Source: an uncultured Bacteroidales bacterium
Lineage (GTDB): Bacteria; Bacteroidota; Bacteroidia; Bacteroidales; F082
Assembly: GCA_937906455.1 (NCBI GenBank)
Contig: CALCYT010000040.1
Coordinates: 6,308-70,307, forward strand
Direction of reading: 5' to 3'
DNA: 64,000 nt
Under the pieces are notes generated by a model. It ran no database searches. It was not told the DNA's origin and saw only the letters and a list, made by a program, of their open reading frames with translations. How positions within the stretch are numbered: position 1 is the first letter of the stretch; each line of letters begins with the position of its first letter. Of the stretch, positions 28,585 to 39,670 are shown in pieces. The translations under genes and the position numbers were made by a program.

Positions 28585-29167
28585 CTGGAAAACTTTCACC
28601 AAAGGATTTATCAAGGAGAACCCTATCCTTGTCCTTTTGTTAGGATGCTGCCCTACCCTCGCCACCACGACGAGTGCCATCAACGGAATGTCAATGGGAC
28701 TTGCGACAACATTCGTTCTGATAATGTCGAATTTGGTAATCTCATTACTGAAGAACTTCATCCCCGACAAGGTGCGCATCCCATGTTTCATCGTGGTCAT
28801 AGCCTCGTTTGTGACGGTGGTGCAGTTAGTCATGCAGGCTTATGTGCCTGATATCTATGAGACGTTAGGTCTGTTCATCCCGCTCATCGTGGTGAACTGC
28901 ATAGTGCTTGGACGCGCCGAGGCCTTTGCCTCGAAGAACCCAGTGTGGCCGTCCATCCTTGACGGTGCCGGCATGGGCTTGGGCTTCACCTTCGCCTTGA
29001 CGGTACTCGGCTCAATCCGCGAAATCCTCGGAAGCGGCAGCATCTTCAACTGGAGATTCCTGCCTGAAGACGCGCAGACGATCCTCATCTTCGTACTCGC
29101 CCCGGGAGCCTTCATCGCCTTGGGTTATCTCATCGCAATAGTCAACAGATTAAAGAAAACTAAATAA
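28577..29167 (+). CDS. rnfE: Rnf complex subunit E
   Basis: 196 aa. LLGCCPTLA and [18 protein letters not shown] (RnfE/NqrD family). Confidence 0.9.
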   Translation: MSNWKTFTKGFIKENPILVLLLGCCPTLATTTSAINGMSMGLATTFVLIMSNLVISLLKNFIPDKVRIPCFIVVIASFVTVVQLVMQAYVPDIYETLGLFIPLIVVNCIVLGRAEAFASKNPVWPSILDGAGMGLGFTFALTVLGSIREILGSGSIFNWRFLPEDAQTILIFVLAPGAFIALGYLIAIVNRLKKTK

Positions 29168-29176
29168 CAAAGTGCC

Positions 29177-29761
29177 ATGAAAATCATAATAATACTTATT
29201 TCGACAATATTTGTCAACAACGTCATTTTGGCGCAGTTTCTCGGAATATGCCCGTTTTTAGGCACTTCCAAGAAGACATCCACCGCCGTGGGCATGGGTG
29301 CCGCCGTCATCTTCGTACTCGTCCTTGCCACCTTAGTGACGTATCTGTTAAACAAATACCTCTTGGTGCCACACGGACTGGAGTTTTTGCAGACCATAGC
29401 GTTCATCTTGGTCATCGCCGCCTTGGTGCAGATGGTTGAGATTATCTTGAAGAAGATAAGCCCGTCGCTATACACCGCCTTAGGTGTGTTTTTACCTTTG
29501 ATTACCACCAACTGCTGCGTACTCGGCGTCTCTTTGAAAGTCGTCGGCGAAGGCTTCATCTACGGCAACAACGTGGGAGAGGCTGTCATTTACGCGGCAG
29601 GTATAGCCATCGGCTTCGCCTTAGCGTTGATAATATTCTCCGGCATACGCGAGCACATCGACTTGATGGAAGCCCCGGAAGGCACCAAAGGCACGCCTAT
29701 CGCATTGATAACAGCAGGCATCTTAGCCATGGCGTTCATGGGATTCGGAGGGCTGGTTTAG
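29177..29761 (+). CDS. rnfA: Rnf complex subunit A
   Basis: 194 aa. FLGICPFLG and LPLITTNCCVLG (RnfA/NqrE family). Confidence 0.9.
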   Translation: MKIIIILISTIFVNNVILAQFLGICPFLGTSKKTSTAVGMGAAVIFVLVLATLVTYLLNKYLLVPHGLEFLQTIAFILVIAALVQMVEIILKKISPSLYTALGVFLPLITTNCCVLGVSLKVVGEGFIYGNNVGEAVIYAAGIAIGFALALIIFSGIREHIDLMEAPEGTKGTPIALITAGILAMAFMGFGGLV

Positions 29762-29821
29762 TTACCGGTTATAAATTAGAAACTAAAAAATGTTGAAGTA
29801 ATAACCATTAAAATTAAATAA

Positions 29822-32800
29822 ATGAAAAAAAGCAACTTTCTAAGATTAGTCATTTTGGCATTTTTGATGCCGGGCTTTACATTCACAATCATGGCTCAGG
29901 AGGTACGCACGTTCAGTTTCAACCATGAAGGCAAGAACGGCATCGAGCTTAGAGGACAGACAAGAGGTAATGTGGCACTCACGTACAACATTGATGAGAT
30001 GAGTCTCACATCCTTCTTTTACAACGGAGAAGAGATGCAGTCGGTGGGCATTGCCGACATCAGCCTGCCCAACGAGAAAGGCCTGCCCAATGTGCCGAGC
30101 TACAGCCGCACCATCGCCATCCCGCAAGGAGCACAAGCTGTACTCAACGTGAAGAGCTATGAACAGCAGGTTATCAAAAATGTCAATATTGAGCCGTCGT
30201 TGGGCATCCAAGATGAAAATTCGGAGCCTGACATGAACTTCACAAAAGACATGAAGGTGTATTCTGAAGACGCCTTCTACCCTGCCGACTTTGCGTCAAT
30301 AAGCGCGCCATCGTCAATACGTGGGGTGGATGTCGTCAACGTGAGCATCAGCCCTGTGAGATTCAACCCCGTCACGAAAGAAGCCGTCGTTTATCATAAC
30401 ATCGAGTTTGAAGTAGAATTCATTGGCGGCAACGGACATTTCGGTGACGACAGCTTCCGCTCGCCATATTTCGACCCTATCCTGGCACAAAACATCCTGA
30501 ATTACAACTCATTGCCGGTCATCGACTATGAGGCGAGGATGCAACAGTGGTTGCGAGACGGTGCTGACGGTGCGGAATACCTCATCATCACGCCTAACAA
30601 CGACGGATGGGCAGAGCCGGCACAGAGACTGAAAGAATATCGTATGAAACAAGGCATCATCACCGAGGTGTATCGTCTTGACGAGATACCGGCCACGACA
30701 ACCACCATGATGAAGACATGGTTCCACAATGCCTATAACACCTGGACAATCAAGCCGGTGGCGGTGCTTCTGTTTGGCGACCACAACACTAACATGAGTC
30801 AGGGCATTCCTGCAGAGGAGGTTTATCACTCACCAAGTTACGGAAACTGCATCACCGACAACCAGTATTCTGATGTCACAGGCGACTATCTTCCTGAGAT
30901 GATTTTCTCACGTCTGGTCGCCGCTGACGCCACGGAAGCCGCTATGCTCGCCGATAAGCAGATAGAGTACGAATATACCAATCCCAATATGGATGCCAGC
31001 ACATACAATGTGCCGATAACGGCTCTCGGATGGCAGACAGAGCGCTGGTTCCAGCTCTGTTCAGAGGTGGTGGGCGGCTATTTCCGCGCACACGGCAAGA
31101 ACCCTTACCGCGTCAACTGCATCTATCAAGGCACGCCGGGTTCTATATGGTCGTCAGCACAAAACACAACAGATGTGGTGTCGTATTTCGGACCGTCTGG
31201 CACCAACTACATCCCGCAGACGCCCGACCAGCTTGGTGGTTTCAACGGTGGCACACCTGAGCAGATTGTCCAGGCCATCAACGCGGGCACCATGCTCGTG
31301 CAGCATCGTGACCACGGTTTAGAGACAGGCTGGGGCGAGCCGGCTTTCCGTAACACACACGTGGCACAGCTTACCAACGTGGGTAAAATGACATTCGTGT
31401 TCTCCATCAACTGCGAGACAGGTATGTTTAACCTCTCTTCGGGACCTTGTTTCGCCGAGGCTTTCATACGCCGCACTTACAACGGACAAAACGCCGGTGC
31501 CGTGGGTCTCATCTGCCCGACGCATGTGTCGTACTCTTTTGTCAACGACGCCCTTGTGTGGGGTATCTATGACCATTTCCAGCCGGAGTTTATGCCCACT
31601 TTCGGGCCTTACGCTCCTAACGAAGGCAACTGGCTGCCGGCTTTCGGCCTCGTGGCAGGAAAACACTTCCTATCAACGACATCATGGCCATATAATACCG
31701 ACAACAAATATATCACATATCAGATGTTCACCGCACACTGCGACGCTTTCCTCCGTCTCTACAGCGAGGTGCCGCAGACTATGACGGTACAGCATCAAAA
31801 CGTGCAACTCGCAGGCCTGCAGACATTCCAAATCACTGCGCCGGAAGGAGCCACGATAGCTCTTACAAAAGGTGAAGGCGAGAATCTTGAGATAGTGGCC
31901 GTGGCAGAAGCTACCGGTAGCATCCAAAGCATAGAAATAGCCTCACAAGTGCCTCCAACAGTACTAAAACTCACCGTGACGGGTCAAAATTACCTGCGCT
32001 ATGAAGCTGATATTGACGTCATCCCCGCTGACGGACCATATATCATAATCAACGACTATGCCCTCAGCAACGAGGCGACACAACTCAACTTCGGTGACAA
32101 CTCGGGACTTAGCATCCAGCTTAAGAACGTGGGTAACGCCCAAGCACCGGCCGGCTCGATGACACTCACATCAGAATCAGAATATGTGACAATAACAAAC
32201 GGCTCTGTCGAGTTCAATGCCATAGGCTCTGAAAACACCATCGATTTGTCAGACGCCTTCAGCTTCACCGTATCTGATCAGGTGCCTAACAAGACAAATA
32301 TCGAGTTTGTGGTGACAATTACCAGTGGCTCAGACACTTACGAAAATCATATCATTTTGAAGGCCTACGCTCCCGTCTTCGAGATAGGTAATGTTACAGT
32401 CATAGAGCTTACCGGCAATGGCAACGGACGCCTCGACCCTGGCGAGATGGCAAGACTCAGGTTCCCTGTAATGAACAAAGGCAACGCAGCCTCATGGGAG
32501 ACCTACGTGTCATTGGAAATCAACAACCCGTTCATGGAGATTACCAGCGAGCCAACGCTTACCATCAACAGCATCGGAGTCAATTCGTCGGCGAGTATCG
32601 AGTATGATATATATGTTGGCGGAGCGCCATCAGGATTTCTGGCCGAATATGCTTTATACGCAGAATCAGGCGTTTACACGGCCTCAAGAGATTACACATC
32701 TAAAATCGGCCTCAATGTCGAAGACTTCGAGTTGGGCGTGTTGGACGCCTCGATGTGGACCAACGACATGAATTATCCTTGGACGTTTGTGACTGACGAC

Positions 32801-33907
32801 CCATACGAAGGCAACTATTGCATCAAGTCGGGACAAATAAACCACAACCAGGAGACATCAGTCACCATGTCATACGAAGCCGGCGCGGCCGACTCTATAG
32901 CATTCTATTACAAGGTGTCGTCAGAATCTAATTACGACAAATTGTATTTCTATATCGACGGTCAGGAAAAGAACAACTGGTCGGGAAACATTGGGTGGAC
33001 AAGAGCACAATACGCTGTGACAGCCGGCACTCATACCTTCATGTGGAAATATAAGAAAGACACCAGCGTATCAAGCGGCAGCGACTGCGCATGGATTGAC
33101 TTTGTGATACTTCCTGTTGACATGAACCTCAGCGTCAGCGCGGGTGTTGATATCAATATATGCGCCGATGAAAACGCACAACTCAACGGTTTCGCCGCTA
33201 ACCAGACATCTATGGAATGGTCAACCGACGGAGACGGCACTTTCGACGATGTTACCATCATCAACGCGGTCTATACACCTGGCAGTCAAGACATTGCAAA
33301 CGGTGCGGTGACTCTCACCCTGACAGCTTATCAAGACACCGAGATGTTGTCAGACAATATGGTGGTCACCTTCATCGAAGAGCCTGTCGTTGCAGGCGAG
33401 ACCGAATATCTGCAGTTTGATGTCGAGGCATTTGAAATCGGACTTGAGATTGACAACTTGGGTAGATTCATCGGCTGGAGTACCTCGGGAACAGGCTCAT
33501 TCAGCAATAGTCACAATCTGACGACGATGTATCATCCGACAGACGACGATTTTGAGGCTGTTGACATCGTTCTCACAGCCACCTATACAGGATGCGGTTA
33601 CAAGACATACGAGCAAAATGTCGATGTGCACTTCTCACATCTCGATGTCAACACTCCTGATGCCACTACCGTCAGCATTCATCCTAATCCGACAAAAGAC
33701 ATCATCAATGTTGTTGTCAACAATATCTCATCAGATGCCTATATGACGATTTATAACGCTGTGGGTCAGGTGGTTTACACTTCACAAGAGAGCTGTGACA
33801 ACGGTTTGAATATCACAATCGACCTCAACGGACTTTCAACGGGAACCTACATCCTTCAAGTGAGATGTGATGAGGGTTTATGGACTAAAAAGATTGTTAA
33901 GAGATAA
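29822..33907 (+). CDS. Peptidase C25 (gingipain-like) family protein with a T9SS C-terminal sorting domain
   Basis: 1361 aa. Signal peptide, C25 propeptide-like N-terminus, catalytic contexts VQHRDHGLETGWGEP (His) and FVFSINCETGMF (Cys), Ig-like and jelly-roll modules. The CTD runs HPNPTKDIINVVV...GTYILQVRCDEGLWTKKIVKR. Confidence 0.85.
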   Translation: MKKSNFLRLVILAFLMPGFTFTIMAQEVRTFSFNHEGKNGIELRGQTRGNVALTYNIDEMSLTSFFYNGEEMQSVGIADISLPNEKGLPNVPSYSRTIAIPQGAQAVLNVKSYEQQVIKNVNIEPSLGIQDENSEPDMNFTKDMKVYSEDAFYPADFASISAPSSIRGVDVVNVSISPVRFNPVTKEAVVYHNIEFEVEFIGGNGHFGDDSFRSPYFDPILAQNILNYNSLPVIDYEARMQQWLRDGADGAEYLIITPNNDGWAEPAQRLKEYRMKQGIITEVYRLDEIPATTTTMMKTWFHNAYNTWTIKPVAVLLFGDHNTNMSQGIPAEEVYHSPSYGNCITDNQYSDVTGDYLPEMIFSRLVAADATEAAMLADKQIEYEYTNPNMDASTYNVPITALGWQTERWFQLCSEVVGGYFRAHGKNPYRVNCIYQGTPGSIWSSAQNTTDVVSYFGPSGTNYIPQTPDQLGGFNGGTPEQIVQAINAGTMLVQHRDHGLETGWGEPAFRNTHVAQLTNVGKMTFVFSINCETGMFNLSSGPCFAEAFIRRTYNGQNAGAVGLICPTHVSYSFVNDALVWGIYDHFQPEFMPTFGPYAPNEGNWLPAFGLVAGKHFLSTTSWPYNTDNKYITYQMFTAHCDAFLRLYSEVPQTMTVQHQNVQLAGLQTFQITAPEGATIALTKGEGENLEIVAVAEATGSIQSIEIASQVPPTVLKLTVTGQNYLRYEADIDVIPADGPYIIINDYALSNEATQLNFGDNSGLSIQLKNVGNAQAPAGSMTLTSESEYVTITNGSVEFNAIGSENTIDLSDAFSFTVSDQVPNKTNIEFVVTITSGSDTYENHIILKAYAPVFEIGNVTVIELTGNGNGRLDPGEMARLRFPVMNKGNAASWETYVSLEINNPFMEITSEPTLTINSIGVNSSASIEYDIYVGGAPSGFLAEYALYAESGVYTASRDYTSKIGLNVEDFELGVLDASMWTNDMNYPWTFVTDDPYEGNYCIKSGQINHNQETSVTMSYEAGAADSIAFYYKVSSESNYDKLYFYIDGQEKNNWSGNIGWTRAQYAVTAGTHTFMWKYKKDTSVSSGSDCAWIDFVILPVDMNLSVSAGVDINICADENAQLNGFAANQTSMEWSTDGDGTFDDVTIINAVYTPGSQDIANGAVTLTLTAYQDTEMLSDNMVVTFIEEPVVAGETEYLQFDVEAFEIGLEIDNLGRFIGWSTSGTGSFSNSHNLTTMYHPTDDDFEAVDIVLTATYTGCGYKTYEQNVDVHFSHLDVNTPDATTVSIHPNPTKDIINVVVNNISSDAYMTIYNAVGQVVYTSQESCDNGLNITIDLNGLSTGTYILQVRCDEGLWTKKIVKR

Positions 33908-33913
33908 CATTTT

Positions 33914-36157
33914 TTGACAATGGAAGGAATACCGGCATTATTCTCCGACTTGGCGCTGATACTCATCACGGCGGGTGTCACCACGGTGATATTCAAGTGG
34001 TTGAAGCAGCCATTGGTATTAGGATATATCGTGGCCGGATTCCTCATCGGACCTCATTTCACGTATTTCCCGGTCATCAACGACACTAACAGCGTTGAGA
34101 CGTGGAGCGAAATAGGAATGGTGTTCCTTCTGTTTGCCATAGGCTTGGAGTTTTCCTTCAAGAAACTGAAAAAGGTGGGCGGCCCTGGCGCTATCATGGT
34201 GCTGACAGAGCTTATCATAATGTTCACCACAGGCTTTTTTGTGGGAAAACTCTTCGGATGGCAAAAGATGAACTGCATCTTCCTCGGATGTATGCTGTCC
34301 ATCTCCTCCACCAGCATCATCGTCAAGGCTTTTGACGACTTGAAGCTGAAAAATGAGAAATTCACCACTCATGTCATCGGGGCTTTAGTGGTGGAAGACC
34401 TCGTGGCCGTCATACTTATGGTAATATTGTCCACATTGTCGGTTGGCAATACCTTTGACGGTGGAGAGTTAGTTCTGAGCATGGTTAAACTGATGTTTTT
34501 CCTGATCATATGGTTCGTCTTCGGCATCTATCTCATCCCGTCGTTCCTCCGTCTGATACGAAAATTCATGACTGAAGAGACGCTTGTCATCATAGCGATA
34601 GGCTTGTGTTTCATGATGGTGATGCTCGCCAACTATGCCGGATTCTCCTCGGCTCTCGGCGCCTTCGTGATGGGCTCCATCCTTGCCGAGACGCTGGAAG
34701 CCGACATCATCCACAAACTTATCACCCCGATAAAAAACCTCTTCGCCGCCATATTCTTCGTCTCCGTCGGAATGATGGTTGACCCGAAAATCCTTTTAGA
34801 ATATACATGGCCGGTTGTCATCATCGCACTTACCGTGATGGTTTTCAAGACGTTAAGTGCCACGGCGGGAATGCTTATCTCAGGAAGGGACATCCATACC
34901 TCGCTGAAGGCAGGCTTCTGCTTCTGTCAGATAGGCGAGTTCTCATTCATCATCGCATCGCTTGGATTGAGTTTCAAAGTCATTGACGAATACCTCTACC
35001 CTATCATCGTCACCGTCTCGATAATCACAACGTTTTTCACACCTTATATAATACGTCTCGCCGACCCCTTATATAACTGGCTCAACCCACGCATCCCTGA
35101 GAAATGGAAGCAGGCCATGACAAATTATTCCGAAGGGTTTAAGGTCAACGATAACACCACCTTGACATTCAGGACTTTTGTCATCAACCAGTTTAAGAAC
35201 ATGCTCATCTACGGCTGCATCATCTTAGCTCTTGCCCTGATATGCTTCTCGGCGATAGGTCCGTTCATTGTCAATCACATACATGGCATCTGGGGCGGAC
35301 TGATATCCATCGCGGTGACGTTGGCGGTGTTGTCGCCTTTCATCTGGGCGATGGCGTTCAAATACAAAATCTCACTGACAAATTCCCGCCTGATAACGAA
35401 AAATATCTTTGAACGTCATGTGATTGCCATCATTTTTGTTTTGAGATATATCATCGCAATCACCATAATAACCTACGTAATCAGGCATTTTTTAAGTCTC
35501 AGTTTCTTTGCCGCCCTCGGAATAGCCGTCGGCGTATCCATAATTCTCGCCTTGTCGAACGGCATCATGAAGTTTTATGAGAAATTGGAGAAAGACTTCA
35601 TGGAGAATCTCAACAAACGTCAGAAACAGGCGTCGTTTATCGTTCCGGAAGTGCTTCAGCAGAACTTCCATCTTGAAAAAGTCGTGGTCAGTCCCTTAAG
35701 CCATATCGTCGGCAAACAGCTGAAAGACACCGCTTTCCGTCGAGATTATAAGGTGAGCGTGGTGTGTATCGAGCGTGGAAAGAACATCTATGATCTGCCC
35801 GATAAAGACATGGCGTTTTATCCCTACGACATCGTGACACTGGTTGGAGACGACGAAAACATCAACAAACTACGGCCGATAATCGAAGTGGAAGACTCCG
35901 AGTTGATAAGAGAACGACAAGAACACGACATGAGTCTGCATTCGGTCAAGTTGTCAGAACAAAGCTCGATATGCCATGTCTCGCTGCTCAACTCGATGTT
36001 CAAAGAGAAATACAACGCAATGGTCATTGCCATACAAAGAGACAATGATTATATCCTAAGTCCTTCGGCATCAACGATTTTCAACTGCAATGATGTCGTT
36101 TGGTTCGTCAGCTCTGCTGAAGCCGCTAAAATGATTATTCAAAAAGAAGGTATATAA
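33914..36157 (+). CDS. Cation:proton antiporter (CPA2/Kef-type) with C-terminal RCK_C (TrkA-C) domains
   Basis: 747 aa. LKQPLVLGYIVAGFLIGPH, about 12 TM segments, then soluble repeats (VVSPLSHIVGKQLKD.. and SVKLSEQSSICHVSL..). Confidence 0.82.
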   Translation: MTMEGIPALFSDLALILITAGVTTVIFKWLKQPLVLGYIVAGFLIGPHFTYFPVINDTNSVETWSEIGMVFLLFAIGLEFSFKKLKKVGGPGAIMVLTELIIMFTTGFFVGKLFGWQKMNCIFLGCMLSISSTSIIVKAFDDLKLKNEKFTTHVIGALVVEDLVAVILMVILSTLSVGNTFDGGELVLSMVKLMFFLIIWFVFGIYLIPSFLRLIRKFMTEETLVIIAIGLCFMMVMLANYAGFSSALGAFVMGSILAETLEADIIHKLITPIKNLFAAIFFVSVGMMVDPKILLEYTWPVVIIALTVMVFKTLSATAGMLISGRDIHTSLKAGFCFCQIGEFSFIIASLGLSFKVIDEYLYPIIVTVSIITTFFTPYIIRLADPLYNWLNPRIPEKWKQAMTNYSEGFKVNDNTTLTFRTFVINQFKNMLIYGCIILALALICFSAIGPFIVNHIHGIWGGLISIAVTLAVLSPFIWAMAFKYKISLTNSRLITKNIFERHVIAIIFVLRYIIAITIITYVIRHFLSLSFFAALGIAVGVSIILALSNGIMKFYEKLEKDFMENLNKRQKQASFIVPEVLQQNFHLEKVVVSPLSHIVGKQLKDTAFRRDYKVSVVCIERGKNIYDLPDKDMAFYPYDIVTLVGDDENINKLRPIIEVEDSELIRERQEHDMSLHSVKLSEQSSICHVSLLNSMFKEKYNAMVIAIQRDNDYILSPSASTIFNCNDVVWFVSSAEAAKMIIQKEGI

Positions 36158-36172
36158 AAAACAATTGATGCA

Positions 36173-39100
36173 ATGAAAAAATCACAGACATTCCTCAAAA
36201 TAATGATGTCATTGGTCATGATGATGTCGGCATTAACGGCATTTTGCCAGACGTTGGAAGTCGTCAACAGCACGAAATCTAACCTTGAGTTAAGTCTTCG
36301 CATCGACAAATACAGTCTTGAGGACAGTTATCAGGACGGTGTTGAGGGACAATCCATTGTGTTAAGCGGCATTTTCCTTCCCAACGTCGCCGGAACGCCT
36401 GATTTACCTGTCGTTTCGCGTTATGTGGCGATACCACGAGGTGCCAATGTGTCGGTGAACGTCATAAACAAAGTCACAGAGACGCTCTATGACATCGACC
36501 TCATGCCGGCTCCCGCGCTGCCGTTGGACAACAACGACACCCCTATGCAATATATCCGCGATGAGCAGATTTATTCAACTGACGCCTTCTATCCTGCAGA
36601 GCCTATAATCACCTCTAAGCCATTGAAAATCAGAGATGTTGATGTCGTCATCATCAGCGTGACGCCATTCCAATACAATCCGGTCAGCAAAGAGCTTGTC
36701 GTCACGAAAGAGCTTGACCTCGAAGTCGAGTTTGAGGGAGGCAACGGTGTTTTCGGTGGTGATCCACGTTATCGCAGTGCTGCATGGGACCACATCATCC
36801 GTGATATGGTCATCAACGAGAGCATCTTGCCTGATGCTGATTATCAAAGCATTATAAAAGATGCGGCACAACATCGTGATACAGGATGCGAATATCTCAT
36901 CATCACGCCCGACAACCCTGAGTTCATCCAGCTCGCCGACAGCATCAAGCTGTTCAGAAACCAACAAGGCATACTCACTGATGTGGTGACGGTGTCGGAA
37001 TGCGGCGGCAACGACCAGACAGCCATCCGCAGCTATATTCAGAATGCCTACAACAACTGGGACATCCCTGTCTCGGCGGTGCTTTTGCTTGGCGACCATA
37101 ACACCGACGGCACGCTGGGCATAGTCTCATATACGATGAACAACCATCCTGGCGGCGAAGGCTATAACCCTTATATCTCCGACAACAGATACGCTGACGT
37201 CAATGGAGATCATCTTCCGGAAGTAATCATGGGACGCATCACCGGACGCAATTACGAGGAGATGTATCACATGATTAACAAGGACTTACAGTTTGAGCGT
37301 CATCCTTCCACCAATGCGCGTTTCTATAACAGGCCTATAACAGCGATGGGATTCCAGCTCGAAAGATGGTTCCAGCTATGCTCTGAGGTGGTTAACGGTT
37401 TCTGGGAATATGGGTTGGGAAAACAACCTGTGCGAGTCAACGCCATTTATCAAGGAACGCCGGGCAGCAGCTGGTCGTCGGCACAAAAAACCAACACTAT
37501 CGTCAACTACTTCGGCCCCAACGGTTTAGGCTATATACCTCAGACGATGTCGCATCTCACCGAATGGAATGGCACCGGCAATCAAATCAATGAGGCGATA
37601 AATGCAGGCGCATTCATATTGCAGCACCGCGACCATGGTGCCGAGGAGCTGTGGGGCGAGCCGTCATACAGCATCGGCTATATCAACCGCCTCGTCAACC
37701 CCGACCTCACTTTTGTGATGTCGAACAACTGCCTGACCGGTCGATTCAACTACGGCGGTGTCAACGGCGCATGCTTCGCCGAGGCGTTCCATCGTCATCA
37801 GTACGGCGCGTTGGGCATCATAGCAGCCACACAGGTGTCTTATTCTTTCGTCAACGACGTGTATGTCTGGGGTGCTTACGACAATATGTGGCCTGATTTC
37901 ATGCCTAACTTCGGCACCCAACACCCGACGGATTTCATACTGCCGGCCTATGCCAACGCCTCGGGAAAATTTTTCCTGCAACAGTCAAACTGGACTGACG
38001 ACTATTGTAAAGAGATAACATATTACCTCTTCCACCATCATGGTGACGTATATATGAATCTTTATACCGAAATGCCGCAAGACCTTGATGTTACTCTTAT
38101 TCCAGTCATCGTGGAAGGGTCAGCGCAATTCGAGATAACAGCCACGGCTGATGCCACTATATGCCTCTCAAACGGCAATGAGATAATAGGTCTTGCCACG
38201 GCGACAGGTCTGCCGCAAATAATGGAGATAACACCACAAAGCCTTGGAAATGGGGTGCTTCTGACGGTGACAAAACAAAATTATTATAGATATACACGCA
38301 ATATCGCCGTAATACCTGATGAAGGTCCTTACCTCATTTTCAGTAACTGTGAGTTAAATGACCAAAATAATAACAACCAGCTCGATTTCAACGAAGAGGC
38401 TACTTTGAATGTCGCGATTCATAACGTTGGCTTTGAAAGCATCGAAAATGTTGATGTCGAATTGACATCAGAATCGCCATACGTTATAATCAATTCAAAT
38501 ACAACGACATACGACTTACTCGAAGCCAATCAGATTGTAAATAAAGAGAACGCTTTCTCCATAAAATTGACTGATGATGTCCCGGACCAGACAAAAATAA
38601 GGTTCCATCTTTCGATGAACAGCGAAAATCGTTCATATTCCGACGATTTCGTCCTTATTGCCAATGCCCCTGATTTTTGTGTCACTAATCTCTGCATAAA
38701 AGACGCTGACAACAACATAACAAACAGGTTATATAAGGGCGAGTCGGGTTATTTGACTTATACTATTAAAAATCAAGGACATAGCCTGAGTAATAGCATC
38801 AACAACAACCTTAATATAGAGGCTCCTGTCATAACGTATCAGGAACAAGACATCACCATCGATGGCCTGGCTGCCAACGACAGCACATATGTCACTTTTG
38901 TGGTAACGGTGCTTGACAACTCGCCGTCAGGTGCCATCCTCGATGGAATCATGACAACAAGCTCTAACGGCTATCAAAACGTTTATCAATCGGAGATTAT
39001 GCTCGGAAATTGCACAGAAGACTTTGAGGATGAAGACTTTAACTCTGATTTTACTTGGAATTTATCAAGTCCGGTGCAATGGTTTAGAGACGACAACGAC

Positions 39101-39670
39101 CCATACGAGGGCAATTATTGTTTCACCGGACTTTCGTCATCTACAGGAAGTACCTCCAAATTCGCGTTCTCAGCTGTTACTGAGATTAACGACATGGTTT
39201 CTTTCTATTACAAAGGTTCCGCCAATGACTCCGATGAATTCAAGTTCACATTGGACACTGAGTCCTTTATGCTGAACGGCGACGAATGGCAATATTTTGA
39301 AATGCCGTTAAATGCAGGCACTCATCTCTTTAAATGGTCATTCGTAAGAAAGAGTCATGCTGATGAAGGATCGGCATCAATCGACTTCATAAATATGCCG
39401 CCGACACACATCGAGTTCCTTGATGTTTCTGAAGTATCTGATGACATCCGAAATGTCACGGTGTATCCGAATCCAGGTAAAAACGAGTTGAATGTCGTCG
39501 TTTCAGATTATAATTTCGCAAAATTGCAAATATTTGATTTTCAAGGCAGAATGATTATTGAAAAGGAAATCAACGATATTATCACCACGATAAATACTGA
39601 GAATCTCGCAACAGGATTGTATTTCTGGAAAGTGGGCAACGAAACGGGGAAATGGATAAAATCAAAATAA
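36173..39670 (+). CDS. Peptidase C25 family protein, paralog 2, with a T9SS C-terminal sorting domain
   Basis: 1165 aa. ILQHRDHGAEELWGEP (His) and FVMSNNCLTGRF (Cys). The CTD runs VYPNPGKNELNVVV...GLYFWKVGNETGKWIKSK. Long collinear identity blocks with 29822..33907, for example ERWFQLCSEVV and IYQGTPGS.WSSAQ. Confidence 0.85.
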   Translation: MKKSQTFLKIMMSLVMMMSALTAFCQTLEVVNSTKSNLELSLRIDKYSLEDSYQDGVEGQSIVLSGIFLPNVAGTPDLPVVSRYVAIPRGANVSVNVINKVTETLYDIDLMPAPALPLDNNDTPMQYIRDEQIYSTDAFYPAEPIITSKPLKIRDVDVVIISVTPFQYNPVSKELVVTKELDLEVEFEGGNGVFGGDPRYRSAAWDHIIRDMVINESILPDADYQSIIKDAAQHRDTGCEYLIITPDNPEFIQLADSIKLFRNQQGILTDVVTVSECGGNDQTAIRSYIQNAYNNWDIPVSAVLLLGDHNTDGTLGIVSYTMNNHPGGEGYNPYISDNRYADVNGDHLPEVIMGRITGRNYEEMYHMINKDLQFERHPSTNARFYNRPITAMGFQLERWFQLCSEVVNGFWEYGLGKQPVRVNAIYQGTPGSSWSSAQKTNTIVNYFGPNGLGYIPQTMSHLTEWNGTGNQINEAINAGAFILQHRDHGAEELWGEPSYSIGYINRLVNPDLTFVMSNNCLTGRFNYGGVNGACFAEAFHRHQYGALGIIAATQVSYSFVNDVYVWGAYDNMWPDFMPNFGTQHPTDFILPAYANASGKFFLQQSNWTDDYCKEITYYLFHHHGDVYMNLYTEMPQDLDVTLIPVIVEGSAQFEITATADATICLSNGNEIIGLATATGLPQIMEITPQSLGNGVLLTVTKQNYYRYTRNIAVIPDEGPYLIFSNCELNDQNNNNQLDFNEEATLNVAIHNVGFESIENVDVELTSESPYVIINSNTTTYDLLEANQIVNKENAFSIKLTDDVPDQTKIRFHLSMNSENRSYSDDFVLIANAPDFCVTNLCIKDADNNITNRLYKGESGYLTYTIKNQGHSLSNSINNNLNIEAPVITYQEQDITIDGLAANDSTYVTFVVTVLDNSPSGAILDGIMTTSSNGYQNVYQSEIMLGNCTEDFEDEDFNSDFTWNLSSPVQWFRDDNDPYEGNYCFTGLSSSTGSTSKFAFSAVTEINDMVSFYYKGSANDSDEFKFTLDTESFMLNGDEWQYFEMPLNAGTHLFKWSFVRKSHADEGSASIDFINMPPTHIEFLDVSEVSDDIRNVTVYPNPGKNELNVVVSDYNFAKLQIFDFQGRMIIEKEINDIITTINTENLATGLYFWKVGNETGKWIKSK

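Noticed and set aside
29766-29805. The inverted repeat ggttat...ataacc in the rnfA / C25 gap, considered as a terminator separating rnf from the downstream genes.
   Set aside because: It has a 6-bp stem with a ~28-nt loop and no U-tract, so it is unlikely to terminate. It therefore does not contradict the super-operon hypothesis, and it does not support it either.
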